64,000 bases of DNA, from the NCBI GenBank assembly GCA_963841565.1, contig CAWJCY010000001.1, positions 32,001 through 96,000 on the forward strand, read 5' to 3'. Each line of letters starts with the position of its first letter. Position 1 is the first letter of the stretch. Positions 1-10,265 of this stretch are shown here, one piece after another. A program made the translations under genes and the position numbers. The notes under the pieces were generated by a model. It worked only from the letters and a program-made list of their open reading frames with translations. It ran no database searches and was not told where the DNA came from. This DNA comes from an uncultured Nitrososphaerales archaeon (lineage in GTDB: Archaea; Thermoproteota; Nitrososphaeria; Nitrososphaerales; Nitrososphaeraceae).

Positions 1-261
1 CTTAAAGTAAATCAGGCTGGATCACTGTACGATGCACTCCAGTTTGCGAATGGATGTAGAAGCGAGGGGGTGGGAATTATTACCTCCCACAGATCGGGAG
101 AATCAGTAGATTCTCATATTGCACACATATCAATAGCCACTGGCTCTAAGATGATAAAAACTGGCATTCTAGGCGGTGAAAGGATAGCAAAATTAAATGA
201 ATTGGTAAGGATAAGAGAGTATGGTTTAATAGAAGGCATGGCTGAAATCTGCTCAACCTAA
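1..261 (+). CDS. eno: Enolase, C-terminal part (5' truncated by window edge)
   Basis: Frame 1 from base 1 reads LKVNQAGS...SHRSGES..IAHISIA...IKTG..GGERIAKLNEL, the enolase C-terminal signatures. Confidence 0.93.
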   Translation, partial: LKVNQAGSLYDALQFANGCRSEGVGIITSHRSGESVDSHIAHISIATGSKMIKTGILGGERIAKLNELVRIREYGLIEGMAEICST

Positions 262-262
262 A

Positions 263-1016
263 ATGTCCAGCGACAACGAAAGCAATAATCTTACTTTATC
301 AGATAATTTGAATTCTGTTGAAAGTACGGAATCTTTGAAGGATTCCGAAATAAATGTTGAGTCAGCGGCATCTGACGACTCTTCAACGTCAGAGGCAACT
401 TATGTTCCCGAGCAAGATAACCTGGAGAAAATGATACTTTCAACGGGTATTAGGGTTGGGACGCCTGTGAAAACAAAGTATATGTTGCCCTTTATAATTA
501 GAGCGAACCCAGAAGGCCTATACATTCTCGATATTAGCAAGACTCTGTCACGCATTGATATCGCTGCCAAGTTCATAAGTCGAGCAGATATTTCCAAAGT
601 TGCTGTTACTTCTGCAAGAGAGATACGGAAAAACTCCTGTTGAAAAATTCTGCGATCTGACTCACGCAAAATATATTCTAGGGAGATTTATGCCGGGAAC
701 GTTTACTAATCCAGCATTGCCAAAGTACATGGAACCGCAAATAGTCATTGTAACTGACCCTCAGGCGGATCAACAGGCGGTACTGGAGGCAACTAGAGCT
801 GGGGTTCCTGTTATTGCTATCTGCAACAGTGACAATGTGACATCAAAGGTCGATCTAGTTATCCCAGCCAATAACAGGGGCCGTAAGGCGCTAGCGACAG
901 TGTACTGGCTACTTGCGAGAGAGGTACTGAAAAAGCAAGGAGTTATCAAGACCGACAGTGAAATGAAAATTCCAATTGAGGACTTTGAAACTAAATTGGT
1001 CGAGGAATTTAGTTGA
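263..1016 (+). CDS. rps2: 30S ribosomal protein uS2 (apparent +1 frameshift near 623; acidic N-terminal extension)
   Basis: ORF 263-643 (LSTGIRVGT..GLYILDI) and ORF 600-1016 (GRFMPGTFTNP, DLVIPANNRG, YWLLAREVL) are the two halves of uS2; removing one A at GAG[A]TAC joins them. Confidence 0.93.
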
Positions 1017-1871
1017 GTGCATATAGAAGAAAGCCCTCAGTTTCGGGTATCTTCTATTCTTCTGATAAAGAGCAACTTGTTGGCGAATTGAAAGGTTGTT
1101 TTACGAATAAAATATTTGGTCCTGGTCGGCTACCACCTTCAGACCAGGTCAGAAAAATTTATGGTATCGTTTCTCCTCACGCAGGGTATTTGTACTCTTG
1201 GGAGCGTGGCTGCCAATGGTTATTACAGCATTTCATCATCTAAATTTGACAATGTTATTCTTGTTGGTCCCAATCATTATGGGCTGGGATCTTACGTGGC
1301 TACCACAATGGATGGAATATGGGAATCTCCAATAGGCGATGTACTTGTAAATCCGCAAGTGGCAAAAGACATCTCTTCCAAAGCAAAGTCGATGGATATT
1401 GATGAGTTTGCACACAGCAGAGACCACTGTCTGGAGGTTCAGATTCCCTTCCTATTATACACTTCCAAGAAATTTAGAATTGTTCCGATAATATTAACAA
1501 ATCAAGACGAATATGTTGCCCTCGAAGTTGGATCTGCCATCTCAGATACTGTAAAAGAGTGGGCCTCTAAGGAAGAAGAGTTTATGTTAATTGCATCGTC
1601 TGATTTTACTCATTACGAATCAAATTCCGAAGCACATCGAAAAGATTCTCAGCTAATCAAGTCAATTCTCTCGCTTGATATCACTGCGTTTTATTCAACT
1701 CTACGACAGTACAACGTATCTGCTTGTGGATATGGTGCCATTGCGACGATAATGGTGGCAGCAAAAAATCTCGGAGCTACACAAGGAGAACTACTTAGAT
1801 ATGCCACAAGCGGCGATGTAACTGGAGACAAGTCTTCCGTCGTAGGGTACTCATCAATATTATTCGTATGA
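1013..1871 (+). CDS. MEMO1-family protein (AmmeMemoRadiSam protein B; apparent +1 frameshift near 1199)
   Basis: RKPSVSGIFY and SPHAGYLYS in ORF1; GPNH, HCLEVQIPF, SSDFTHY, CGYG and YATSGD in ORF2; conserved position between rps2 and mvk. Confidence 0.88.
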
Positions 1872-1881
1872 ATTCTGTTGC

Positions 1882-2898
1882 ATGGATATCAGCTCTAGAA
1901 CCCAAGTATGTGCCTCAGCTCCTGGCAAAATCATTATTTTTGGAGAGCATTTTGTAGTTTACAACAACGAAGCCATCGTAGGAGCAATAGACAGACGTTG
2001 CTTTGGAAGAGCAAAACTTGCCAAGAATTTGGGAGTGCGGATCGATTCGAATCTTGAGATCGGTAATAATCCATATACTAAGCAGCATACCACAAATGGA
2101 AATGTTCAAGCAACCAGAAAGTTACTTGAGCCACTCAATATCTTCTGCCAAAACATTCTCAAAGAGTATGCGCCAGAAATTGGGCTTCAAATTCATATCA
2201 AGTCAGAATTAGTCGTAGGAGTGGGCCTTGGTAGTTCAGCGGCTTCATGTGTCACGCTGGCCGGTATTTTGAGGTCGATCATTTCGCGCACCGCCAGCAA
2301 AGAAATATCCCCCTTTGACAGAAAATGGATATTTGAAAACGCACTCAATGGCGAACAAATGATCCATACCAAATCATCTGGCATTGATTGCTACGTCTCA
2401 ACCTATGGCGGCCTTATTCATTTTGCAGGTTTAACTGGAACTAGTGAAATTACCTCAATAGAGAATCACCCCTTGCCACTTTTTTTGATAAACACTCGTA
2501 AGAGTCATGAAACTTCGGAATTAGTATCCCACGTGAGAAGGTTTAGTAGGAACAGGTCAAAGTACTTCAACGAATTAACAAGAGATGCATCCGCTATCTG
2601 TTCAACTGGGCTAAGGGCAATCGCTAAAGGGTCTCTGGATGAAATCGGTCGACTTATGACGGAGAATCACAAGCTGCTAAGAGAGATTGGTGTTTCCAAC
2701 AATGAAATTGAGAAGATTATCGGTATTTGTTTCAGGTGTGGAGCACTAGGAGCAAAAATTACAGGCGCCGGGGGAGGAGGTTGCATCCTTGTGTTAACAA
2801 GACCCGAGACAATCCCAGCATTAAATGCTGCCTTAAATGGTTTGAATTTATGTTCGGAGGCAATCGGCATAGCAAATAGGGGAATAATAATCGATTAA
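1882..2898 (+). CDS. mvk: Mevalonate kinase
   Basis: APGKIIIFGEHFVVY, GLGSSAA, SSGID and KITGAGGGG GHMP-kinase motifs; isoprenoid operon context. Confidence 0.93.
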   Translation: MDISSRTQVCASAPGKIIIFGEHFVVYNNEAIVGAIDRRCFGRAKLAKNLGVRIDSNLEIGNNPYTKQHTTNGNVQATRKLLEPLNIFCQNILKEYAPEIGLQIHIKSELVVGVGLGSSAASCVTLAGILRSIISRTASKEISPFDRKWIFENALNGEQMIHTKSSGIDCYVSTYGGLIHFAGLTGTSEITSIENHPLPLFLINTRKSHETSELVSHVRRFSRNRSKYFNELTRDASAICSTGLRAIAKGSLDEIGRLMTENHKLLREIGVSNNEIEKIIGICFRCGALGAKITGAGGGGCILVLTRPETIPALNAALNGLNLCSEAIGIANRGIIID

Positions 2899-2937
2899 AG
2901 CTTTAAATCAGTAATGAAAAATATGCCACACTAGACC

Positions 2938-3714
2938 ATGACTCAGATGTCACTTATAAAGCTCGGAGGCTCCGTGATCACGGTGAAGGATCGAGCGCTT
3001 ACCCCAAATATTAAGGCAATAGTGGGGCTCTCACGCGTGCTTGCAAAACTTGGTGATTCTCTTATCATAGTTCATGGTGGAGGTTCATTTGGTCATTATT
3101 GGTCAGTGAAATATGATATGCATACGAAGCCTGAATTGTATGATTCTCGTGGAATATCGGTGGTACATGAATCGATGGTGGCTCTAAATCAGATCGTTGT
3201 CAAATCAATGTCAGACGCCGGGCTTGTGCCTTATGGAATTTCACCTATATCCCTTTTTGAAGACGGGAAGGAAAATGTTACCAAGTTTAATGAGCTAGTC
3301 GAATTTACTCGACGTGGTATCGTGCCGGTCATTTTTGGCGACGTAGTACATATCAGTGAAGGAAGATTTTCTATTGTATCAGGCGACTCTCTGATGACAC
3401 GAATCGCTACTCACCTCCTGCCATCAAGAGTAATATTCACCGTGAATGTAGATGGTATTTACGAAGATATGAAAAATAAAAAGCTGGTAAAGGTACTGAA
3501 TTTTCCCATTAACGAAATCAGTCTCATGGATTCCACTATTGATGTTACTGGAGGTATGGGCAGAAAAATTTCAGAGGCATTTGAAATTGCCAGACTGGGC
3601 ATCGACGTTAATATAGTGAATGGACTCGACGCAAATCGTGTTTTTGATATTCTGAGGGGAGTTGAGGCAATGGGGACCATAATTCCAGCGATTCCACATG
3701 AGGGCAGGAGATGA
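2938..3714 (+). CDS. ipk: Isopentenyl phosphate kinase
   Basis: IKLGGSVIT, VHGGGSFGH, SGD and DVTGGM amino-acid-kinase motifs; located between mvk and fni. Confidence 0.92.
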   Translation: MTQMSLIKLGGSVITVKDRALTPNIKAIVGLSRVLAKLGDSLIIVHGGGSFGHYWSVKYDMHTKPELYDSRGISVVHESMVALNQIVVKSMSDAGLVPYGISPISLFEDGKENVTKFNELVEFTRRGIVPVIFGDVVHISEGRFSIVSGDSLMTRIATHLLPSRVIFTVNVDGIYEDMKNKKLVKVLNFPINEISLMDSTIDVTGGMGRKISEAFEIARLGIDVNIVNGLDANRVFDILRGVEAMGTIIPAIPHEGRR

Positions 3715-3717
3715 AAA

Positions 3718-4812
3718 GTGGCTGACCCTCTAAAAATAGACGACGAAGCCGTGAATATCATGAAAAGGAAGCAGGAGGGCATAGATATCCCCCTTAATCG
3801 TGACGTTCAGGCAAGAACTACATCTACCTTTCTTGAGTATGTGAAATTAATACACGATGCGATTCCTGAACTAAATTTTAGTGACATTGATACAACTGCA
3901 ATATTCCTAGGACATCGGTTTTCTGCGCCCCTTATCATCGATTCCATGACAGGGGGTACACAAAAGGCCTTACTGATTAACGGCAGACTTGCAGAACTGG
4001 CCGAATCCTATTCTCTTCCAATGGGTGTGGGATCTCAAAGAGCTGGTTTGGTGAGCGAAAAGCTTGCAGATAGTTATACTATAGCGAGAAAAAACGCGCC
4101 AAACGCATTTCTCATAGCTAACATAGGGGGAGCGCAACTGTCAAGTGGTCTTTCAATTGACAAAGTAAAAAAGTTGGTAGATATGATTGGTGCTGATGCA
4201 CTAGTTGTCCACCTCAATCCTCTGCAAGAGCTTGTACAACCTGAAGGGGAACCAAGGTACTCTGGAGTACTTGGATGTATATCGGACTTGGTGAAAGTTA
4301 TAGGTGTTCCGGTAATGGCAAAAGAGGTCGGAGCTGGGATATCCAGAGAGGCAGCATTAAAGTTGAGTGAAGTCGGTGTTTCTGCGATAAACGTTGCTGG
4401 AACAGGAGGCACCAGTTGGGCTGGAGTTGAGAAAGTGCGTGCGGAAAGTGCAAGCGAAAGCCTGAAAACACGTCTTGGCGAACTGTTCTGGGACTGGGGA
4501 ATACCTACTGCATTGAGCATCATAGTTGTTAGGAGGGCGCTGACAAAATTGCCTTTAATAGCCTCGGGTGGAATCCGCAACGGATTGGAAATCGCAAAAT
4601 GCATAGCAATAGGAGCGGACATGTGTGCCATGGCATATCCATTTCTCGTAAATGCAGTTCAATCAAAAGAGGCCTTGTATCAATTCGCAGACACAGTAGT
4701 AGCTGAGCTGAAGAGCACAATGTTTCTGGTAGGAGCTGCAGATTTGAACGCTCTCAAGAGCACCAAGCATATCTTGACAGGCGAATTGCTATCGGAGGCG
4801 AATGAATATTGA
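3718..4812 (+). CDS. fni: Type 2 isopentenyl-diphosphate delta-isomerase
   Basis: SMTGG, MGVGSQR, ANIG, HLNPLQELVQPEG, KEVGAG, GGTSW, WGIPT, SGGIR. Confidence 0.95.
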   Translation: MADPLKIDDEAVNIMKRKQEGIDIPLNRDVQARTTSTFLEYVKLIHDAIPELNFSDIDTTAIFLGHRFSAPLIIDSMTGGTQKALLINGRLAELAESYSLPMGVGSQRAGLVSEKLADSYTIARKNAPNAFLIANIGGAQLSSGLSIDKVKKLVDMIGADALVVHLNPLQELVQPEGEPRYSGVLGCISDLVKVIGVPVMAKEVGAGISREAALKLSEVGVSAINVAGTGGTSWAGVEKVRAESASESLKTRLGELFWDWGIPTALSIIVVRRALTKLPLIASGGIRNGLEIAKCIAIGADMCAMAYPFLVNAVQSKEALYQFADTVVAELKSTMFLVGAADLNALKSTKHILTGELLSEANEY

Positions 4813-5816
4813 ATATTCCAGAAATCGATGAAGAAATGGAATCTACCGCATCGGATATGAATGAATATATGCTGAGGAGATTAAAGGGCAAACCTTCAGA
4901 ACTTTACTCTGCCTCGGCTCATTATATCAGCAGCGGCGGCAAAAGACTCAGGCCATTTATGGTTGTAAAGGCATGCGAGATGTTTGGTGGAACAAAGATC
5001 ATGGCTCTACCAGCAGCAGCTTCAGTGGAGATGATCCACAATTTTTCCCTCGTACATGATGACATAATGGATAATGACGATGTGAGACACAGTGTTCCCA
5101 CTGTTCACAAGTCATATGGACTACCATTAGCAATCCTCGCAGGAGACGTACTATTTTCAAAGGCATACCTGATGATCGTTGAGAATTGCGACAAGTTAGG
5201 CATCTCTAATCGTAGAATTTGTGAAATGGTTTCCAGACTCTCGAATGCATGCGTTGACGTATGTGAAGGTCAAGCTCTTGACCTTGGAATGGCGTTTGAA
5301 GATAGGTTTGTAGATGAAAAACAATACATCTCGATGATAACCAAGAAAACTGCGGCTCTATTTGGGTTGTCTTGTGCTCTAGGTGTTCTTTCTGCCCCCG
5401 CTTCTATTGAAAAAGATACGTCTGCCCTAACCCAGTTTGGAGTAAATGTTGGAATAGCATTCCAACTCATTGATGATCTTATAGGAGTAATAGGCGATGC
5501 GAAATTGACCGGCAAATCCGTTGGAAATGACCTGAGGGAAGGCAAAAAAACTTTACCCATTCTCCTGTCTTTACAAATAAGTGACAGCTACAGTAGGGAA
5601 AAGATCTTGAGGGTTTTTGCTTCTAGGAATGCCTCCAAAATGGAGATAGAGGAAGCAGTGAAAACGATTTCTACATTGGGTATTGAGGAAGCGGTCAGAG
5701 TTAATGCTAGACAACATATCCAAAAAGCTATGGAATCGATCTCTCGGTATGATGATAGTATAGCAAAGAGAAAGATTATTGCTTCTGCTCATTTCATTGT
5801 TGAAAGGATGGTCTAG
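4809..5816 (+). CDS. Geranylgeranyl diphosphate synthase (polyprenyl synthetase)
   Basis: GGKRLRP, first DDxxD motif (SLVHDDIMD), GQALD, KTA and second motif FQLIDD. Confidence 0.92.
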   Translation: MNIPEIDEEMESTASDMNEYMLRRLKGKPSELYSASAHYISSGGKRLRPFMVVKACEMFGGTKIMALPAAASVEMIHNFSLVHDDIMDNDDVRHSVPTVHKSYGLPLAILAGDVLFSKAYLMIVENCDKLGISNRRICEMVSRLSNACVDVCEGQALDLGMAFEDRFVDEKQYISMITKKTAALFGLSCALGVLSAPASIEKDTSALTQFGVNVGIAFQLIDDLIGVIGDAKLTGKSVGNDLREGKKTLPILLSLQISDSYSREKILRVFASRNASKMEIEEAVKTISTLGIEEAVRVNARQHIQKAMESISRYDDSIAKRKIIASAHFIVERMV

Positions 5817-5825
5817 ACTCTCAGG

Positions 5826-7562
5826 ATGACTATGGATGATACAATTCAACAAGCAATCAAAAAAATAGTATTAAGAAATGCGATGGAATATGGTGGAAGT
5901 GCAAGATATGACGTTGTAATCTCAAAGGTGGTTGGTTTAAGGCCTGATCTACGTCCTATAATAAAGGAACAAATTCCTCTTATTAAGAAAATAGTAGATG
6001 AAGTTAATTCTCTTGATCGGGCTGATCAGGAGAGAATGGCATCGAAACTTATGGTGTTTGAGAATGTCAAAAAGGATGCCAAACGGAAGGAAGAGCCAAA
6101 CCTGCCTCCACTTCAAGGTGCCAGCATGGGAAGAGTTGTGACAAGGTTCCCTCCTGAACCCAACGGCTATCCTCATATCGGACACGCTAAAGCTGCAATT
6201 ATTGACCAAGAATACGCAAGGATGTACGATGGCAGGCTAATACTCAGATTCGATGACACCAATCCACTAAATGAACAATTGGAATTCTACGAAGCTATCA
6301 GGGAAGGACTGGAATGGTTAGGTATCAAACCCGACCTCATCAAGAATACATCTGACGATATGGAATTACTCCAATCATACGGAAGGAAATTGGTTACGAA
6401 CGGAGACGCCTACGTCTGCACTTGTAGACCAGAAGATATTCATTCTATGAGAGCAAAAGGTGTAAACTGTCCTTGTAGGATTCTGGACAGCAGTGATAAC
6501 ATGACGAGGTTGAAGAAATTTTTCGATGGTTCATTTGAGCAGAATGAAGCAATTATTCGATTTAAGGGAGATATGTCCGATCTGAATACTGCGATGCGGG
6601 ACCCCACATTATTCAGGATCATTGATGCTGACCACCCGAAGCTCGGCAGGAGGATAAGGGCATTCCCGACGTATGACTTTGCTGCGCCAATCGAGGATAG
6701 TCTTGACGGTGTCACACATGCAATGCGAACTAAAGAGTACAAACTAAGGAACACATTATACTTCTCGGTACTTAGATCATTGGGCCTTCGCAAGCCATTT
6801 CTGCTAGAGTTTTCACGTCTAGAATTTGAAGGGATGCCGGTTTCTAAAAGAAAACTAAAGCCTCTTATTCAAGGAGGCTTAGTCTCTGGCTGGGATGATC
6901 CCAGGCTCCCGACTTTAGCAGCTCTCAGAAAAAGAGGGATACTACCGGAAGCCATCCACAAATTTGTCCTTTCTCTAGGAATCTCACTTGCCGATACCAA
7001 GCCTCCATTTGAGTCGCTTGAATCATATAACAGAAAGTTACTCGACCCGATATCTCTGCGACTTTTCTTTGTTAAAAATCCAGTTGAAATTAGAATTGTC
7101 AACCCAACCTTGAGTAAGGTTGAATTAAAAAATCACCCTACTGCTCAACTCGGCACTAGAAATGTACAAACATCAGATCGTATTTACATAGATAAAGCAG
7201 ATGCTGACCGATTGAAGGGTGGGCAGGAAATCAGACTAATGGAATTGCACAATATTCGACTCGATGAGGCAATACGAGGAAAAGCAGCTGAATATTTGCG
7301 TGTGCTCAATACTGGGCAGGAGATAAAAACAAATATCCCGAAAGTCCAATGGGTTTCCAACAATGATATGGTACCGTTTACTGTTATAGTACCGGACAAG
7401 CCCTTTATTAACGAAGAATTTAACAAAGATAGTCTTTACACATATAATGGAATTGCAGAATCATACGTCTCAAAGGTACGAGCGGGCAGTAATATCCAGT
7501 TTGTCCGCTTTGGCTTTTGTAGATTGCAAACCAATGGAGTAGCAATATATACGCACGATTAA
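5826..7562 (+). CDS. gltX: Glutamyl-tRNA synthetase (archaeal type)
   Basis: RFPPEPNGYPHIGH, RFDDTNP, SKRK, GWDDPRLPT, QFVRFGF. Confidence 0.95.
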   Translation: MTMDDTIQQAIKKIVLRNAMEYGGSARYDVVISKVVGLRPDLRPIIKEQIPLIKKIVDEVNSLDRADQERMASKLMVFENVKKDAKRKEEPNLPPLQGASMGRVVTRFPPEPNGYPHIGHAKAAIIDQEYARMYDGRLILRFDDTNPLNEQLEFYEAIREGLEWLGIKPDLIKNTSDDMELLQSYGRKLVTNGDAYVCTCRPEDIHSMRAKGVNCPCRILDSSDNMTRLKKFFDGSFEQNEAIIRFKGDMSDLNTAMRDPTLFRIIDADHPKLGRRIRAFPTYDFAAPIEDSLDGVTHAMRTKEYKLRNTLYFSVLRSLGLRKPFLLEFSRLEFEGMPVSKRKLKPLIQGGLVSGWDDPRLPTLAALRKRGILPEAIHKFVLSLGISLADTKPPFESLESYNRKLLDPISLRLFFVKNPVEIRIVNPTLSKVELKNHPTAQLGTRNVQTSDRIYIDKADADRLKGGQEIRLMELHNIRLDEAIRGKAAEYLRVLNTGQEIKTNIPKVQWVSNNDMVPFTVIVPDKPFINEEFNKDSLYTYNGIAESYVSKVRAGSNIQFVRFGFCRLQTNGVAIYTHD

Positions 7563-7580
7563 ACAATAATTGGAAATGAA

Positions 7581-8450
7581 ATGAAGATAGCCAGAGTAAA
7601 AGATTCCAATAATACCGAGACATATGCATTAATCTCAAGTGATGAAAAGAAACTTGTGACCAGAAATGAGATTCAAGATCAAACTGGAATTCCTATACCA
7701 GTTTCAATTAAAGAATTCATGTTTAATGGTTGGTTGGACGAAGTCAGAGAAAATTGTGACAAACTTACTTATTCACATTATGTAAAAGATTTGGATTTAC
7801 TAGTACCTATTCCAAATCCTCCAAAGATATTGTGCTTAGCCTTTAACTACTATGATCATGCAAGAGACGCCGGCCTTACCCCCTCTGACGAACCGGTCAT
7901 TTTCATGAAACCACGAACAACTCTTAATTCACCCTTTAGGGACATAATATGCCCGCCGTTTGTAACTCGGCTTGATTATGAAGCTGAAATAGCTGCGGTA
8001 ATTGGAAAGAACGCAAGAAAGATTCCTGAAGGCAGATCCTTGGACGTTGTCTTTGGATACATGATTCTTCATGACGTCTCGGCTAGAGACATCCAATTCA
8101 AAGATAAGCAATTTACTCGAGGCAAGAGCATGGACACCTTTGCGCCTTGTGGCCCTTGGATTACCACGAAGGATGAAATACAGGATCCACAGAACCTTTC
8201 GATAGTCACAAAGGTTAATGGAGAAACGAGACAGAACTCTTCAAGCATGAATATGGTCCTTTCCATTCAGAAGATTATTGCCAGCTTGAGCAGTGTCATG
8301 ACTATCGAAGCTGGCGACATTATTTCCACCGGTACACCAGCTGGTGTTGCGATGTCAATGAAGGAACCTCGATATCTGAAGGACGGCGATGTGGTCGAAA
8401 TTACTATCGAAAGGCTGGGAACAATTAGAAATCGAGTCACTTTCGCTTAA
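7581..8450 (+). CDS. Fumarylacetoacetate hydrolase family protein
   Basis: NYYDH, LDYEAE, DVSARD, RGKSMDTFAPCGP, GDIISTGTPAG. Confidence 0.9.
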   Translation: MKIARVKDSNNTETYALISSDEKKLVTRNEIQDQTGIPIPVSIKEFMFNGWLDEVRENCDKLTYSHYVKDLDLLVPIPNPPKILCLAFNYYDHARDAGLTPSDEPVIFMKPRTTLNSPFRDIICPPFVTRLDYEAEIAAVIGKNARKIPEGRSLDVVFGYMILHDVSARDIQFKDKQFTRGKSMDTFAPCGPWITTKDEIQDPQNLSIVTKVNGETRQNSSSMNMVLSIQKIIASLSSVMTIEAGDIISTGTPAGVAMSMKEPRYLKDGDVVEITIERLGTIRNRVTFA

Positions 8451-8463
8451 AGAGCTATCTTTT

Positions 8464-9093
8464 ATGTTTGATAGTATTACGATTACAGATACACATGAGA
8501 TGAGAACGTCTCAAAGATCACTTGCGGTGCTAATAGTCGACAATAACTCTCCGTTTACGTCTCACCTGATAGACATTGTTAGTGACTTGGGATATTCTTT
8601 CAATTGCAAGCGATATTCAGAAATAAAGCTAGAGAAGCTTGGGTTGGGGTGCCTGCCTTTGTTCAATAAGGTCATTTTGTCAGGACGAAAGACTGGCAGC
8701 TCAAACATTAACGCGACCAATTCTACTATAGTCAGGTATTGTTATACTAGGAATATACCAATTTTAGGAATATGTTACGGATGTCAGATTATAGCCCTAA
8801 CTTTGGGCGGATCGCTAAGAAGACTTGAAAAGCCGATAAAAGACTTTGATCAAGTGACGGTCAAGGGCGATAATGCTCTCGTGTCTGGCAAGCAAATGCT
8901 AAGGGTTTACAAAAGCCATAAGTTTTGTGTTTCAAAGCTCCCTTCCTGTTTAGACTCTGTTGGAGAATCCCAAACATGCCCAAATGAGATCCTCTTACAT
9001 AAAGAAAAACCGATTTTTGGAACTCAATTTCATCCAGAAGTTAGTGGTACGGATGGAAAAGGCATCTTGGCCAATTTCATGGCTCTAAAGTAA
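8464..9093 (+). CDS. Class I glutamine amidotransferase (GMP synthase subunit A-like)
   Basis: ILSG, GICYGCQ nucleophile elbow and QFHPE; start moved to the first ATG after the FAH gene. Confidence 0.82.
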   Translation: MFDSITITDTHEMRTSQRSLAVLIVDNNSPFTSHLIDIVSDLGYSFNCKRYSEIKLEKLGLGCLPLFNKVILSGRKTGSSNINATNSTIVRYCYTRNIPILGICYGCQIIALTLGGSLRRLEKPIKDFDQVTVKGDNALVSGKQMLRVYKSHKFCVSKLPSCLDSVGESQTCPNEILLHKEKPIFGTQFHPEVSGTDGKGILANFMALK

Positions 9094-9137
9094 TGTGACA
9101 ACATGATTTTTATTTCCTAAGAAAGTTATGCATCAAT

Positions 9138-10094
9138 GTGTACCCCAGTCCTGAAGAACATAGCATAACTTTGCCAATTGTGGACCCTAGTTCAGACACA
9201 CCACAATTGCCTTTGGTGTTAAACGTCTTGGCATTATATTGGGGAGAGGATCTCTCTTCTCACGTTACTCATGAGGTCAAAGAACAATACAAGGGTGTCA
9301 GGGGATCGGTACTAATTGAAGGAATAGAAATCGCAGAAAAGAAAGGCTTCCGATCAGTGATGTACAAGAGCAACATGAAGGACATCAAAAAGACAATCGA
9401 TGAAGGCATACCGGTAATAACCATTCTCCCAGGGATCCACGACTTGGCTCAGCATGCCACGATAGTGTGCGGATATGAGCCGCAAGAGAGGAGAATTCTG
9501 ACCTATGTACCGGAGCAAGACAAACAGGGAGCTGTTCCTGAAAAAAGATTTGAACAAGAGTGGGAGGAAGATGATACGACATCGATTATCTTGATACCAT
9601 CAGATATGTCAGAAATAGTATCAGATAGGGGATTCAAGTTTCAAAACTCTAACCGTAAGTGTCTTGTCGCAGAACGGTTAAGATTGAAAGGAGATATTGT
9701 CAAAGCCATGGAGGAGTTGACCAGAGCAGTTGATATAGACAGCGACAATCCGCTAGCTTGGTATTCCCTTGGATCAGTATATAGCGATCAAAAATCTGAG
9801 TCAGCTATCGAGTGTTATAGGAAAGCTATACAACTGAACCAACGATACTATCTAGCATACCGCGGGTTGGGAAACTACTACTTAAAAAATGAGGAGTTTG
9901 ACGTTGCTGATGGGTGGTACTCTATGGCAATTGATATAAATCCCGTAAGGTTCGGTCCAATATATAAGAATCGAGCTCTTGCCCGGTTAAAATCGGGTAA
10001 GGGTTCAGTCAAGGAGGATCTGGAAAAATACTTGCAGTATATGCCAGGGGCACCTGACCGTATTTCAATCAAGGAAGCGATCAAGGAACTTTAA
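9138..10094 (+). CDS. Peptidase C39-like domain plus TPR repeat protein
   Basis: IDEGIPVI..QHATIVCGY C39-like fold; C-terminal TPR repeats (AWYSLG, AYRGLG, YKNRA). Confidence 0.7.
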   Translation: MYPSPEEHSITLPIVDPSSDTPQLPLVLNVLALYWGEDLSSHVTHEVKEQYKGVRGSVLIEGIEIAEKKGFRSVMYKSNMKDIKKTIDEGIPVITILPGIHDLAQHATIVCGYEPQERRILTYVPEQDKQGAVPEKRFEQEWEEDDTTSIILIPSDMSEIVSDRGFKFQNSNRKCLVAERLRLKGDIVKAMEELTRAVDIDSDNPLAWYSLGSVYSDQKSESAIECYRKAIQLNQRYYLAYRGLGNYYLKNEEFDVADGWYSMAIDINPVRFGPIYKNRALARLKSGKGSVKEDLEKYLQYMPGAPDRISIKEAIKEL

Positions 10095-10265
10095 TGCTTT
10101 TGAGCAATGTGGGCTTAAATTTCTCGCTGGGCGAAATGGTCTACAGGCTTTCGGTAATGCATTAGCCAAATATTACGCAGAACGAACCTGTCGCATCCAG
10201 ATTGCCATTGTCAAACTATAATTGCAAAAGGAACCCATTGCTTGGAATAGGGGGATTGAGAGTTG

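Noticed and set aside
263-1016. rps2, uvrA and uvrB as true pseudogenes
   Set aside because: Both halves are intact with a single indel each and uS2 is essential; sequencing error is more parsimonious
4074-4631. Long antisense ORFs (also 27300-27812, 45050-45439, 54749-55123 and others)
   Set aside because: They lie opposite well-conserved genes and carry no motifs of their own
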